NCBI GenBank assembly: GCA_027021705.1
Contig: JALUTT010000059.1
Coordinates: 1-64,000, forward strand
From: Anaerolineae bacterium
GTDB lineage: Bacteria; Chloroflexota; Anaerolineae; S140-20
Direction: 5' to 3'
Length of the DNA: 64,000 nt
Part shown: one piece after another, positions 55,819 through 64,000 of the stretch
Numbering within the stretch: position 1 is the first letter of the stretch
Layout: each line of letters begins with the position of its first letter
Notes under the pieces: generated by a model
What the model saw: only the letters and a program-made list of their open reading frames with translations
What the model was told of the DNA's origin: nothing
Databases searched by the model: none
Made by a program: the position numbers and the translations under genes

Positions 55819-57360
55819 TTATGGAGGCGGTTCGAGGCTCAACACCGGTCCCGTGGCCGGGTCGGGTGTCGTCATCCAGAGGACGTGCCGCCCTGGGAAG
55901 GCGGCGATGACCCCCGCGTTGACCTCAGGACCGCTGTCCCGGGCCGTCACGATCTCCCCCCGCAGCAGCGGGTCGTTGTGGGTCAGCAGCGCCCCGTACT
56001 CTAGCCAGCGCTCGGCCCGGACGATGACCAGGACCGGTCGCAGCCCCGTGGCCTGAACCGCTTCCAAAGGGCGTCGGGTCACCCCGTAGAGGCCCTGCAT
56101 CCGGGCCAGCTTGGGGGGGAGCACCCGGGTGAGGTTGATCAGCACCAGGCCGAGGAGGAGGAGCACCAGCAGCGGGCGGAGCGCGGCCCTCCCCCGGTGC
56201 AGGACCGTCCTGTCCATCCCCGCCGGCCTTCCCAGCGCCCACAGCTTGCGCACCCCCACCGCCGTCAGCAGCCACAGGAAGGGGCTCCCCTCGAACTGAT
56301 AGCGCGGACCGAAGAGCGATCCCGAGGCGATCCAGTAGGTGCTCTGGACCAGGACCAGGGAGAGCGGGGGGAGGAGCAGGGCGCCGTCGCGCCGTCGCCA
56401 GGGGGGGAGCAGCAGCGCCACAGGAAGAAAGAGCCAGCTCAGGCGCGGCCAACCCAGCAGCTCCGTCGCCAGATTCCCCAGGTCGTAGAGGGCGTTGTAG
56501 TAGGCGATGGCGGGCGTGTGCCCCCCCTCCCGCCAGCCGTGCCCCGGCCCGAAGCCGATCCGGTCGTAGGGCCACCAGAGGGTGTAGAGGCTCAGCATCC
56601 AGCGGTGGACCAGGGCGTAGTTGTAGAGCAGGTAGAGGGGGATGGCGGGCAGGGCGGCCAGGGCCAGGATCAGAAGCCGTCGGCGCTGCGCCCGCCGACC
56701 GCCCAGGAACCGGACCAATCCGTGCAGTGCGAAGGGGAGGGCGATTCCGAAAGCGGTCAGAGGTCGGATGAGGATGGCCATCCCCAGGGCCAGGCCGGCC
56801 AGCAGCGGGGTAGCACGCCCGTCTCCCTGGAGCGTTCGGACGTAGAGCCAGGCGAAGAGGGTGAGGGCCAGGGCGGCGGCCACGTGGGCCATATGGGTCC
56901 CGGCCAGGACGAGGAAGAGGGGGGAGGTCGCCCCCAGGGCGGCTGCCAGCAGGCCCGTCCCGTTGTCGTAGAGGCTCCTCCCCAGCCCGAAGAGGGCGGC
57001 CATCAGCAGGCCGGCCAGCACCGGGTTCACCAGCCAGTCGGCGCCCAGCCGGACGCCAACGGCCAGGAGGAGGGGGAAGCCGGGCGGGTACTTGCTGAAA
57101 CGCCGGCCCTCCACATCCAGGACGAAGGGGATCCAGAACGCCTCTTCTCCGTAGGGCGGGGTGGGCACGTAGAGCCGCCCCAGGGCGAAGACCTTGGCCT
57201 GGAAGAGGTAGGCCACCTCGTCCTCCACGTGGGGGATGCCCTCGAAGACGAACCAGGCGATGGCCGCCGTTGCCAGCAGCGTGATCAGGCAGATCAAGAG
57301 GAGCAGGGTGCGGGGGGAGAGCAGCCTTGTCCAAGGCCCTGTTGCCGAACGTTCTGCCAT
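55819..57360 (-). CDS. GT-C (PMT/ArnT-like, GT39/GT83) membrane glycosyltransferase
   Basis: PHVEDEVAYLFQA, KYPPG, IRPLT, GPRY, many TMs; GGAGGT RBS. Confidence 0.8.
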   Translation of the reverse strand: MAERSATGPWTRLLSPRTLLLLICLITLLATAAIAWFVFEGIPHVEDEVAYLFQAKVFALGRLYVPTPPYGEEAFWIPFVLDVEGRRFSKYPPGFPLLLAVGVRLGADWLVNPVLAGLLMAALFGLGRSLYDNGTGLLAAALGATSPLFLVLAGTHMAHVAAALALTLFAWLYVRTLQGDGRATPLLAGLALGMAILIRPLTAFGIALPFALHGLVRFLGGRRAQRRRLLILALAALPAIPLYLLYNYALVHRWMLSLYTLWWPYDRIGFGPGHGWREGGHTPAIAYYNALYDLGNLATELLGWPRLSWLFLPVALLLPPWRRRDGALLLPPLSLVLVQSTYWIASGSLFGPRYQFEGSPFLWLLTAVGVRKLWALGRPAGMDRTVLHRGRAALRPLLVLLLLGLVLINLTRVLPPKLARMQGLYGVTRRPLEAVQATGLRPVLVIVRAERWLEYGALLTHNDPLLRGEIVTARDSGPEVNAGVIAAFPGRHVLWMTTPDPATGPVLSLEPPP

Positions 57361-57454
57361 AGGGACCTCCTCCCCGACATCATACCACAACCTGGCGGGG
57401 AGGCAAGCTTGCCCAAATGGTCACTTTGTGGTATCATATCAGCCGCTGCGCCCG

Positions 57455-57499
57455 CTTTCCGCTCCTGACGGCGTTCAGGGGCAAACCCGTGGAAAGGAG
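57455..57499 (+). promoter_or_regulatory. S6:S18 autoregulatory mRNA leader
   Basis: CTTTCC/GGAAAG stem overlapping the RBS, inner hairpin GCTCCTGA/TCAGGGGC, unpaired CCCG; directly upstream of rpsF. Confidence 0.6.
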
Positions 57500-57510
57500 A
57501 ACGACATCTT

Positions 57511-57801
57511 ATGCGTAGCTACGAATTGACGTTTATCATTCACCCGGAGGTGGAGGAGCCGGACTTCAGTCAGCTCATCGAGAAGGTCAAGGGCTACATC
57601 ACCTCCAATGGCGGACAGGTGACCAACGTAGACATCTGGGGCAGACGTCGGCTGGCCTATCCCATTCGTCGGGTACGGGAGGGCCAGTACGTGTATATGG
57701 AGATGGAGATGGACGGTCAGGCCATCGCCAACCTGGAACGCAGCCTGCGCCTGACGGAACCGATTATGCGCCATCTGATCGTCCGCACCGATGAGGACTG
57801 A
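57511..57801 (+). CDS. rpsF: 30S ribosomal protein S6
   Basis: MRSYELTFIIHP, WGRRRLAYPI, IMRHLIVR. Confidence 0.97.
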   Translation: MRSYELTFIIHPEVEEPDFSQLIEKVKGYITSNGGQVTNVDIWGRRRLAYPIRRVREGQYVYMEMEMDGQAIANLERSLRLTEPIMRHLIVRTDED

Positions 57802-57824
57802 GGAGCCTGGGAAGGAGAGGCGTA

Positions 57825-58211
57825 ATGGCAAGGGGGTTGAACAAGGTTATGATCATCGGCTATCTGGGCTCAGACCCAGAGATGCGCTATACACCCAGTG
57901 GACGCCCGGTGACCTCCTTCAGCGTGGCCACGACCCGCACCTGGACGTCGGCCGACGGAGAGCGGCGGGAGGAGACCGAATGGTTCAACGTGGTGGCCTG
58001 GGGGAACCTGGCAGAGATCTGCAAGCAGTACCTGAGCAAGGGGCAGCAGGTCTACATCGAAGGCCGTCTGCAAACCCGAGGCTGGGAGGATGAGCACGGC
58101 AAGAAGCACTTCCGCACCGAGTTGGTTGCCAGCGAGATGATCATGCTGGGGGACCGCCGGGGCGGCAGCGATGCCGGCGAACGCGAGCGCGACGACGAAT
58201 TCACCTTCTAG
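57825..58211 (+). CDS. ssb: Single-stranded DNA-binding protein
   Basis: LNKVMIIG.LG.DPE, TEWFNVVAW, YIEGRLQTR, acidic tail DDEFTF. Confidence 0.97.
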   Translation: MARGLNKVMIIGYLGSDPEMRYTPSGRPVTSFSVATTRTWTSADGERREETEWFNVVAWGNLAEICKQYLSKGQQVYIEGRLQTRGWEDEHGKKHFRTELVASEMIMLGDRRGGSDAGERERDDEFTF

Positions 58212-58241
58212 CCCTTCGCATAGAGAGAGATGGAGCAAGGT

Positions 58242-58520
58242 ATGAGCAATCACAGCGCCGGTCAATCCAGCCGTCGTCGGCGTCGGGTCCGGGGCCGACG
58301 ACGTTCCAAGGTCTGTGCCTTCTGCGTCGAGCAGGTGGACAAGATTGATTACAAGCAGCCGGAACTGCTGATCCGCTACCTGACGGACCAGGGGAAGATT
58401 CGCCCCCGTCGTCAGACGGGGACCTGTGCCCGTCACCAACGGCGGTTGGCCGTGGCCATCAAGCGGGCCCGCCACCTGGCGTTGTTGCCCTTCACGGCCG
58501 AACATCTCCGCACGATGTAA
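58242..58520 (+). CDS. rpsR: 30S ribosomal protein S18 (Zn-binding form)
   Basis: [33 protein letters not shown]. Confidence 0.97.
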   Translation: MSNHSAGQSSRRRRRVRGRRRSKVCAFCVEQVDKIDYKQPELLIRYLTDQGKIRPRRQTGTCARHQRRLAVAIKRARHLALLPFTAEHLRTM

Positions 58521-58551
58521 TCCCCAACGGTCAAACATCGGACGTGCCGGG

Positions 58552-58581
58552 AAAGGGCATAGGAGTTTTCCTATGCCCTTT
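58552..58581 (+). terminator. Intrinsic terminator after rpsR
   Basis: AAAGGGCATAGGA-GTTT-TCCTATGCCCTTT perfect hairpin. Confidence 0.7.
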
Positions 58582-58664
58582 GTGCGTGGGGTGACGGTCA
58601 CCTCAGGCTCACCGGCCTCCGATGGGGAACGCTACCCAGCCCACAAAGGACGCAAGGACGGGAA

Positions 58665-59843
58665 ATGGCCAAGAAGAAGCGAAAGAAGGCGGTTGCACCC
58701 AGGCTCACCCGCAAGCAGGTCTCCCGAGCAAAGCGGGAAGCCCGCCAGCGCAGGCTCCTGCTCATCGGCAGCGGCGTGGTGGCTGCCATCCTCGTTCTGG
58801 TGTTGGCCTGGGGGATCTACCACGACAAGGTGGCCGTGCCTAACCAGCCGGTGGTGCTGGTCAACGGGGAGCCCATCACCACCGCCGAGTTTCAGAAGCA
58901 GGTGATCTACCAGCGGATGAACATGATCGAGCAGGCTCGGGCCCTGCCCCAGTTGGCCGACCAGGTCCGCCAGCAGTTGGACAGCCCGCTGGTGCTGGGC
59001 CAGCAAGTGCTCACCGACCTCATCGAGGAGCGGATCATCCGCCAGGAGGCGGCCCGCCGGGGGATCACCGTCACCCCTGACGAGGTGCAGAAACGCATCG
59101 AGGAACTGATCGGCTATCCCTACCGGCCCACGCCGGAACCCCTGCCCACCCTCCCCCCACCGACCGTGCCCCCCACGGTGACGGTGACACCTCGACCGAC
59201 GCTGACGCCGACGCTGACGCCCACACCGATGAGCCGGGAGGCCTTCGAGGCGGCTTACCAGAGTGCCGTAGAACGGGCCCGCCGGGCCGGCCTCACGGAA
59301 GCGGACCTGCGTCGCTCGGTGGAGACGAGCCTCTACCGGGAGCGCCTGATGGAAGCGATGGGGCCGGAGTTGGTCCCCGAAGTGCAGGACCAGATCCAGA
59401 TCACCTACATCGTCGTCTCCACCACCCAGGAGGCCCAGGCGATGCTGGACCGGCTGGCGGCAGGGGAGGTCACCTTCGACGACCTGGCGGACGAGGTGCA
59501 GGATGACGACCGCCCCGATACGGCCAGCCGGGAGGTGGACTGGCAGACCCAGGACTTTCTGGGGCAGGTCTTCGGCGAGGAGACAGCGTCCCTGCTCTTC
59601 GAGCTGGAGGTGGGGGGCTACACCCGCGAACCGGTGCTGGGTCCTGACGGTCGGGTCTACCTGATCCGGGTGGACGGCCACGAGGAGCGTCCTCTCCCCG
59701 CCCTCGCGCTGGAGCAGTTGCGCCGCCAGGCTTTCCAGGAGTGGCTCGACGAGCAGGTGAACAACCCCGAGATCGTCCAGTACATCCTTGAAGGAGGAGT
59801 GCCCCGCTGGCAGGCCCGGGTACCTCAAGAGCCCACGCTGTGA
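58665..59843 (+). CDS. SurA/PrsA-like membrane-anchored chaperone (parvulin-like)
   Basis: TM anchor, VNGEPIT, LIEERIIRQEA..GITVT, PT linker, degenerate PPIase domain. Confidence 0.75.
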   Translation: MAKKKRKKAVAPRLTRKQVSRAKREARQRRLLLIGSGVVAAILVLVLAWGIYHDKVAVPNQPVVLVNGEPITTAEFQKQVIYQRMNMIEQARALPQLADQVRQQLDSPLVLGQQVLTDLIEERIIRQEAARRGITVTPDEVQKRIEELIGYPYRPTPEPLPTLPPPTVPPTVTVTPRPTLTPTLTPTPMSREAFEAAYQSAVERARRAGLTEADLRRSVETSLYRERLMEAMGPELVPEVQDQIQITYIVVSTTQEAQAMLDRLAAGEVTFDDLADEVQDDDRPDTASREVDWQTQDFLGQVFGEETASLLFELEVGGYTREPVLGPDGRVYLIRVDGHEERPLPALALEQLRRQAFQEWLDEQVNNPEIVQYILEGGVPRWQARVPQEPTL

Positions 59844-59899
59844 CGGGCCGCAGGAGGCGGGCAGCAGCCCCGGAATCCCCATTCCGGCGTTCTATCGGA

Positions 59900-60010
59900 G
59901 TTCAGCCTACCCTCCCGCAGGTCACCGGTCGAGGGCGCTTTCAGCCCCGATGGGCTATTGGAAGCACGGTTTTGCGTCGGAAACGTGCCTAACCTGCGGG
60001 AGGGTGAACA
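59900..60010 (+). mobile_element. MITE family A copy with shortened ends
   Basis: CTATCGGA duplication (59892-59899, 60011-60018). Confidence 0.8.
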
Positions 60011-60033
60011 CTATCGGAAAAGGAGGGGGAACG

Positions 60034-61209
60034 ATGGCTCAGACCTTTGACGCGGTGGTCATCGGCGCGGGCATTATGGGGTGCAGCACCGCCTTCCAAC
60101 TGGCCCGGCGCGGGCTGAAGGTAGCCCTGCTGGAAAAGGAGGCCATTGGCGCGGGCTCAACGGGCCGGTCCTCGGCCATCATCCGTCAGCACTACTCCAA
60201 CGAACTGACCGCCCGGATGGCCCTCTACAGCCTGCGGGTCTTCCAGAACTTCGACGAGGCGGTGGGGGGTGAGTGCGGCTTCACCCGGACGGGCTTCGTC
60301 GTCCTCGTCGCGGCCGAGGACCGGGAAGGGCTGGAGGCCAACGTGGCCCTGCAACGGCGGGTGGGCATTCAGACGGAGATCATCCCGCCGGAGGCGCTGC
60401 ACGAACTGATGCCGGGGCTGGAGACGGCGGACCTGGTGGCCGCGGCCTACGAGCCGGAGAGCGGTTACGCCGACCCCCACCTGACGGTGAACGCCTACGC
60501 CAGCGCTGCCCGCCGGCACGGAGCCCAACTCTTCCTGGATAGCGAGGTGGTCGGGGTGCGCTTCGCCGGGGATCGGGTGGTCGGCGTGGACACCCCCCGG
60601 GGGGCCTTCGACGCCCCCATCGTCATCAACTGCGCGGGGCCGTGGGGGGCACGGGTGGCCCGGATGGTCGGGGTGGAGGTGCCCATCAACCCCTGCCGCG
60701 TGCAGGTGGCCTTCTTCCGGCGTCCGGCCGGCTACGAGGCCCCCCATCCCGTCGTCGCCGACTTCATCTACGCCACCTACTTCCGCCCCGAGACGGGGGC
60801 GCTGACGCTGGTGGGGCTGATTGACCCCTCGGAGGCCGACAACGTCGTGGACCCCGACGGCTACAAGGAGTGGGTGGATGACGAGTTCGTGCTGACCATC
60901 GGCGAGCAGTTGGTGCGCCGCTACCCGATTATGGAGCAAAGCGAGAGCCGGGGCGGCTACGCGGCCCTCTACGCCATCACCCCCGACTGGCACCCGTTGG
61001 TGGACGAATTGATTGAGGGAAGCGGCTTCTACATCTGCGCCGGCTTCAGTGGCCACGGCTTCAAGCTTGGCCCGGCGGTGGGCGTGATGGTGGCCGATAT
61101 GGTCACCGGCGCGTCGGACCCCACCTTCGACCCCCATCTCTTCCGCCTCCGCCGCTACGCCGAAAACGAGCCGGTGCGCGGCCAGTACGAGTATAGCATC
61201 GCCGGGTAG
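60034..61209 (+). CDS. FAD-dependent oxidoreductase (sarcosine oxidase/DAO family)
   Basis: VIGAGIMG, GSTGRSSA, TPDWHP, GFSGHGFKLGP; AGGAGG RBS. Confidence 0.9.
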   Translation: MAQTFDAVVIGAGIMGCSTAFQLARRGLKVALLEKEAIGAGSTGRSSAIIRQHYSNELTARMALYSLRVFQNFDEAVGGECGFTRTGFVVLVAAEDREGLEANVALQRRVGIQTEIIPPEALHELMPGLETADLVAAAYEPESGYADPHLTVNAYASAARRHGAQLFLDSEVVGVRFAGDRVVGVDTPRGAFDAPIVINCAGPWGARVARMVGVEVPINPCRVQVAFFRRPAGYEAPHPVVADFIYATYFRPETGALTLVGLIDPSEADNVVDPDGYKEWVDDEFVLTIGEQLVRRYPIMEQSESRGGYAALYAITPDWHPLVDELIEGSGFYICAGFSGHGFKLGPAVGVMVADMVTGASDPTFDPHLFRLRRYAENEPVRGQYEYSIAG

Positions 61210-61449
61210 TTCCCCGGCGCCGACGCTCAGGCCGGTGCCTGCCCAGCACCGCCGTAAACCGGCGGTGCTGGGCTTTTCTCTCCTTTGCCCCTGCTCCCAC
61301 GCTCTGCGTGGGAGCCCTTTCGTCCGGGGCTGCTTTCGCCTGACTACGGAATCTCGACAAGTTTCGAGAATTGTGGTAAGCTCTCGATACGGTCGAGCGA
61401 CTTCCCGTGGTGGATGAACGGGAAGGGGAGATTGGAAAGAGAGGATGCT

Positions 61450-62853
61450 ATGCTCAACGGACGATGGGTGGGAAGAACCTTGTTGGTCCTCGGTGTGCTG
61501 CTCCTGGCAGCCTGCGGCGGAAAGTCATCGCCGGGCCTGATTCTGTACCAGCCGGCGGACGAGGCCGGACAGCCGGCCCTGGAGTTGGTCGTGGTTAACG
61601 TGAACGGCGATGAGCAGCGTCGGATCCCCTTATCCGGCCCGTTGCGCATGAAGGGGGTGGCCACGCAAACCAGTTACCGGGCTCTGTTCTTCACCGAGGA
61701 TGGCGCGGTCTATCTGGTGGACGCGCGGGATGGCACGGCCCAGAAACTGGACCTGTTGCCCCAGGACGGCCGCCAGTTATATCCTAACCATCTCGGCTTT
61801 AGTTGGGCCCACGGCAAGCGATGGACGGTGCTGGGCGATGTTCGGGGCAACCTGGCATATCTTACCGATCTGAAAACTGGGCAGGTCACGGATCTGGTAT
61901 ACGACCGCCTCGTTTTCTTTGGCCGCTTCTCCCCCGATGACGCTTATCTGGCCCTGGCCGGCGACAAAGGGTTCTGGCTGGTCCCTACCTCGTCTCCTGA
62001 GGATGCCCGAAGGTTGGATGCATGGAACGTCAGATTTTCCAACGATGGTCGTCAAATCGTCTACATTGAGATCGATCGAGAGGTAGGAGAACACCGAATT
62101 GTGGTGGAAGCGGTGGATGGCTCCGAATCGGAGGTCGTCTTCACTGCCGACTCGCCTCTCCTCGATGTGGCCTTTGGCCCGCGCGACAACCAACTCTTCG
62201 TCCGGGGTGAGGATGCGCTCTTTCTCCTGAACACTGACGACGGGACCAGCGAGGAACTGCTTCCCTATGACCCTCCGGCGCAGCTCCAGTTTTCGTCCGA
62301 TGGCACGAAGCTGGTTTTTGGCTACAAGCGTGAGGAAACGATGGTCTGGTACTGGATAGACCTGACCGAGGGCACGGTGAAACCGTTGGACAACCTGCCA
62401 CCCGACTATCCCATTCCCTGTCAAAACGCCCCAACCCGCCAGATGCTGTTTGCAGAACAGGCGTTAGAGGTCGAAGAGCGCCACTACACCCTCCTGAATC
62501 TGGAGAGCGGCGAGGCGAAGGACATGGCGCTCTCCGGCAAGGAGGCTGGGATGCCGTTTGTCCTGGAGTGTTCTGGGGATGGTCGTTTTGGGCTCGTCCT
62601 CAGCCTGTTTCAGGGGGCAGGGCAGCAGCAGCGTCAGCTCTGGCTCCTGGACGTGGGGAAGGGCCAGGCCCGGCTGCTGGCCCAGGCGGATGAGGTTCGT
62701 GGGGCGCTGTCCCCCGACGGTCAATGGGTTGCCGTCAACACGATCAAGCAAGAGGGAGAGACAGCGGAACCCACCCTGACGCTCGTGAGGACGGAAGGTG
62801 AGGAGACCCGCCCCCTGGGCGCAGGGTATTTGCATGCCTGGGTACGTCCTTGA
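61450..62853 (+). CDS. Lipoprotein with TolB/PD40-like beta-propeller repeats
   Basis: Lipobox LAAC; FSPDD, FSNDG, FSSDG, LSPDG repeats. Confidence 0.75.
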   Translation: MLNGRWVGRTLLVLGVLLLAACGGKSSPGLILYQPADEAGQPALELVVVNVNGDEQRRIPLSGPLRMKGVATQTSYRALFFTEDGAVYLVDARDGTAQKLDLLPQDGRQLYPNHLGFSWAHGKRWTVLGDVRGNLAYLTDLKTGQVTDLVYDRLVFFGRFSPDDAYLALAGDKGFWLVPTSSPEDARRLDAWNVRFSNDGRQIVYIEIDREVGEHRIVVEAVDGSESEVVFTADSPLLDVAFGPRDNQLFVRGEDALFLLNTDDGTSEELLPYDPPAQLQFSSDGTKLVFGYKREETMVWYWIDLTEGTVKPLDNLPPDYPIPCQNAPTRQMLFAEQALEVEERHYTLLNLESGEAKDMALSGKEAGMPFVLECSGDGRFGLVLSLFQGAGQQQRQLWLLDVGKGQARLLAQADEVRGALSPDGQWVAVNTIKQEGETAEPTLTLVRTEGEETRPLGAGYLHAWVRP

Positions 62854-62981
62854 GCCTTGGGCAGGGTGGGTACGACCGTTTCCAACACCCCCCTGGAAAG
62901 CCCGGACCTCGTGCTGGACACCGGCTTCCTGCTGGACGAGGTCAAGGTGCTGACCGTCTCCGAGAACGGCGACGTTTCCCC

Positions 62982-63128
62982 GGTGATTACCCTTGGAGAT
63001 GGGGAGACGAGCCGTCCACGAATGGGGCACGAATACACGAATTAAGGACCGCCTCATTCGTGCATTTGTGAGAAATTCGTGGATGGCCTGCTACGGATCA
63101 CTCTCTCGCTCACTTGTGGGTAATCACC
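62982..63128 (+). mobile_element. Complete MITE family C copy
   Basis: TIR GGTGATTACCC/GGGTAATCACC; 13-bp direct repeat GCGACGTTTCCCC at 62969-62981 and 63129-63141. Confidence 0.85.
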
Positions 63129-63142
63129 GCGACGTTTCCCCC

Positions 63143-63193
63143 TTGACACCCTTCTTCCTTTGTGCTATACTGATAACTGACCGACCGGTCAGT
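63143..63193 (+). promoter_or_regulatory. Promoter TTGACA-17-TATACT with palindromic TetR operator ACTGACC-GACC-GGTCAGT
   Basis: -35 at 63143-63148, -10 at 63166-63171, palindrome at 63176-63193. Confidence 0.75.
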
Positions 63194-63212
63194 CAATTAT
63201 CAGGAGCCCCCT

Positions 63213-63815
63213 ATGAGCCCTCGTCCCGACGTCAGCGAGCAGCGCAAGGACCAGATCCTCGACGCCGCCATCAACGTCTTCGCCCGGCTGGGCTTCCACA
63301 AAGCCCGGATGGACGACATCGCCCAGGAGGCCGGCCTGAGCAAAGGGGCCCTCTACTGGTACTACAAGGGGAAGGACGCCATCATCGCCGCCCTCCTGGA
63401 CCGCATCTTCGCCTGGGAGATGAAGGACCTGGAGGCCGTCCGCACCGCCGAAGGGCCGGTCGGCGACCGGCTGCTGGACCTGACCCGCCGGATGGCGGCC
63501 TATATGTGGCGCCTCTCCCTCCTCCTGCCCATCGCCTTCGAGTTCTACGCCGTCGCTGCCCGACAGGAGTCCGTGCGCCGTGCCCTGCAGCGCTACTTCC
63601 AGACCTACCGGGAGGCGATGGCCGACCTCATCCGGCAGGGCGTAGAGCGAGGGGAGTTCCACCCTGTGGATGCGGAGGAGGTCGCCATCACCTTCATCGG
63701 GCTCTTTGAAGGGCTCTTTCTCCTGTGGGCCGTGGACCCCCAGGCGGTGGACCTCCCCCAGGTCGGAGAGGTGGCCGTCCGCCTGTTGCTGGACGGTCTG
63801 AGAGCCAAGGAGTGA
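63213..63815 (+). CDS. TetR/AcrR family regulator
   Basis: QILDAAINVF..GFHKARMDDIAQEAGLSKGALYWYY. Confidence 0.93.
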   Translation: MSPRPDVSEQRKDQILDAAINVFARLGFHKARMDDIAQEAGLSKGALYWYYKGKDAIIAALLDRIFAWEMKDLEAVRTAEGPVGDRLLDLTRRMAAYMWRLSLLLPIAFEFYAVAARQESVRRALQRYFQTYREAMADLIRQGVERGEFHPVDAEEVAITFIGLFEGLFLLWAVDPQAVDLPQVGEVAVRLLLDGLRAKE

Positions 63816-63818
63816 GCG

Positions 63819-64000
63819 ATGGCCACCGTCTTTATGAAGTGGTTGGAGACCAGCCCCCGCGACTACGACCGGGGCATCCGGCTTCTCACCCTGGGCCGGC
63901 TCCAGACCCTCCAGGAGGAGATCGCTCGCCGGTACGTGGGCGAGGGCACCCGGGTGCTGGAGGTCGGCTGCGGCACGGGCACGCTGGCCACCTTGATGGC
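63819..64000 (+). CDS. Class I SAM-dependent methyltransferase (partial, runs off the window)
   Basis: RVLEVGCGTG motif I; ATG 3 bp after the tetR stop. Confidence 0.8.
   Translation, partial: MATVFMKWLETSPRDYDRGIRLLTLGRLQTLQEEIARRYVGEGTRVLEVGCGTGTLATLM

Noticed and set aside
62854..62981. Coding-like fragment (LESPDLVLDTGFLLDEVKVLTV) before the MITE
   Set aside because: No credible start or RBS and too short to identify; possibly a gene remnant.

Overview
This is a GC-rich bacterial window, most likely Chloroflexota (Anaerolineae-like). That placement is inferred from the isopentenyl phosphate kinase, PT-rich lipoproteins, a multi-GAF kinase and a DUF4388/MglA/V4R cluster. 0-11 kb is a defence region: part of a type III-B CRISPR-Cas operon (cas10/cmr2, cmr3, cmr1; no array or cmr4-6 in the window), a CARF-LuxR HTH protein, a P-loop NTPase fused to two Csx3 domains, a WYL regulator, and a coupled ABC-type ATPase + PIN nuclease pair. 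12.7-15.8 kb is a two-gene envelope operon behind a consensus promoter carrying a LexA-type box. 20-33 kb holds glycogen and central metabolism genes (glgP, pyk, malQ, IPK), a stand-alone GTPase with all five Rab family motifs, glycosyltransferases, an MscS channel and tRNA-Leu(GAG). 37-54 kb is an 11-gene, co-oriented signalling locus: DUF4388, MglA-like GTPase, an active and a Ser-to-Ala alpha/beta hydrolase, V4R, hexapeptide acyltransferase-like protein, acyl-ACP-reductase-like protein, REC-GGDDF protein, CPBP, 10-GAF hybrid kinase and receiver. It also contains a highly structured intergenic segment. 57-64 kb holds rpsF-ssb-rpsR and housekeeping genes. Three families of short non-autonomous repeats are scattered throughout, two with visible target-site duplications. 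The most promising unexplained systems are the 37-54 kb locus, the Rab-like GTPase, the ATPase-PIN pair and the SOS-boxed envelope operon. All functional calls come from motif recognition by eye; no database searches were run.
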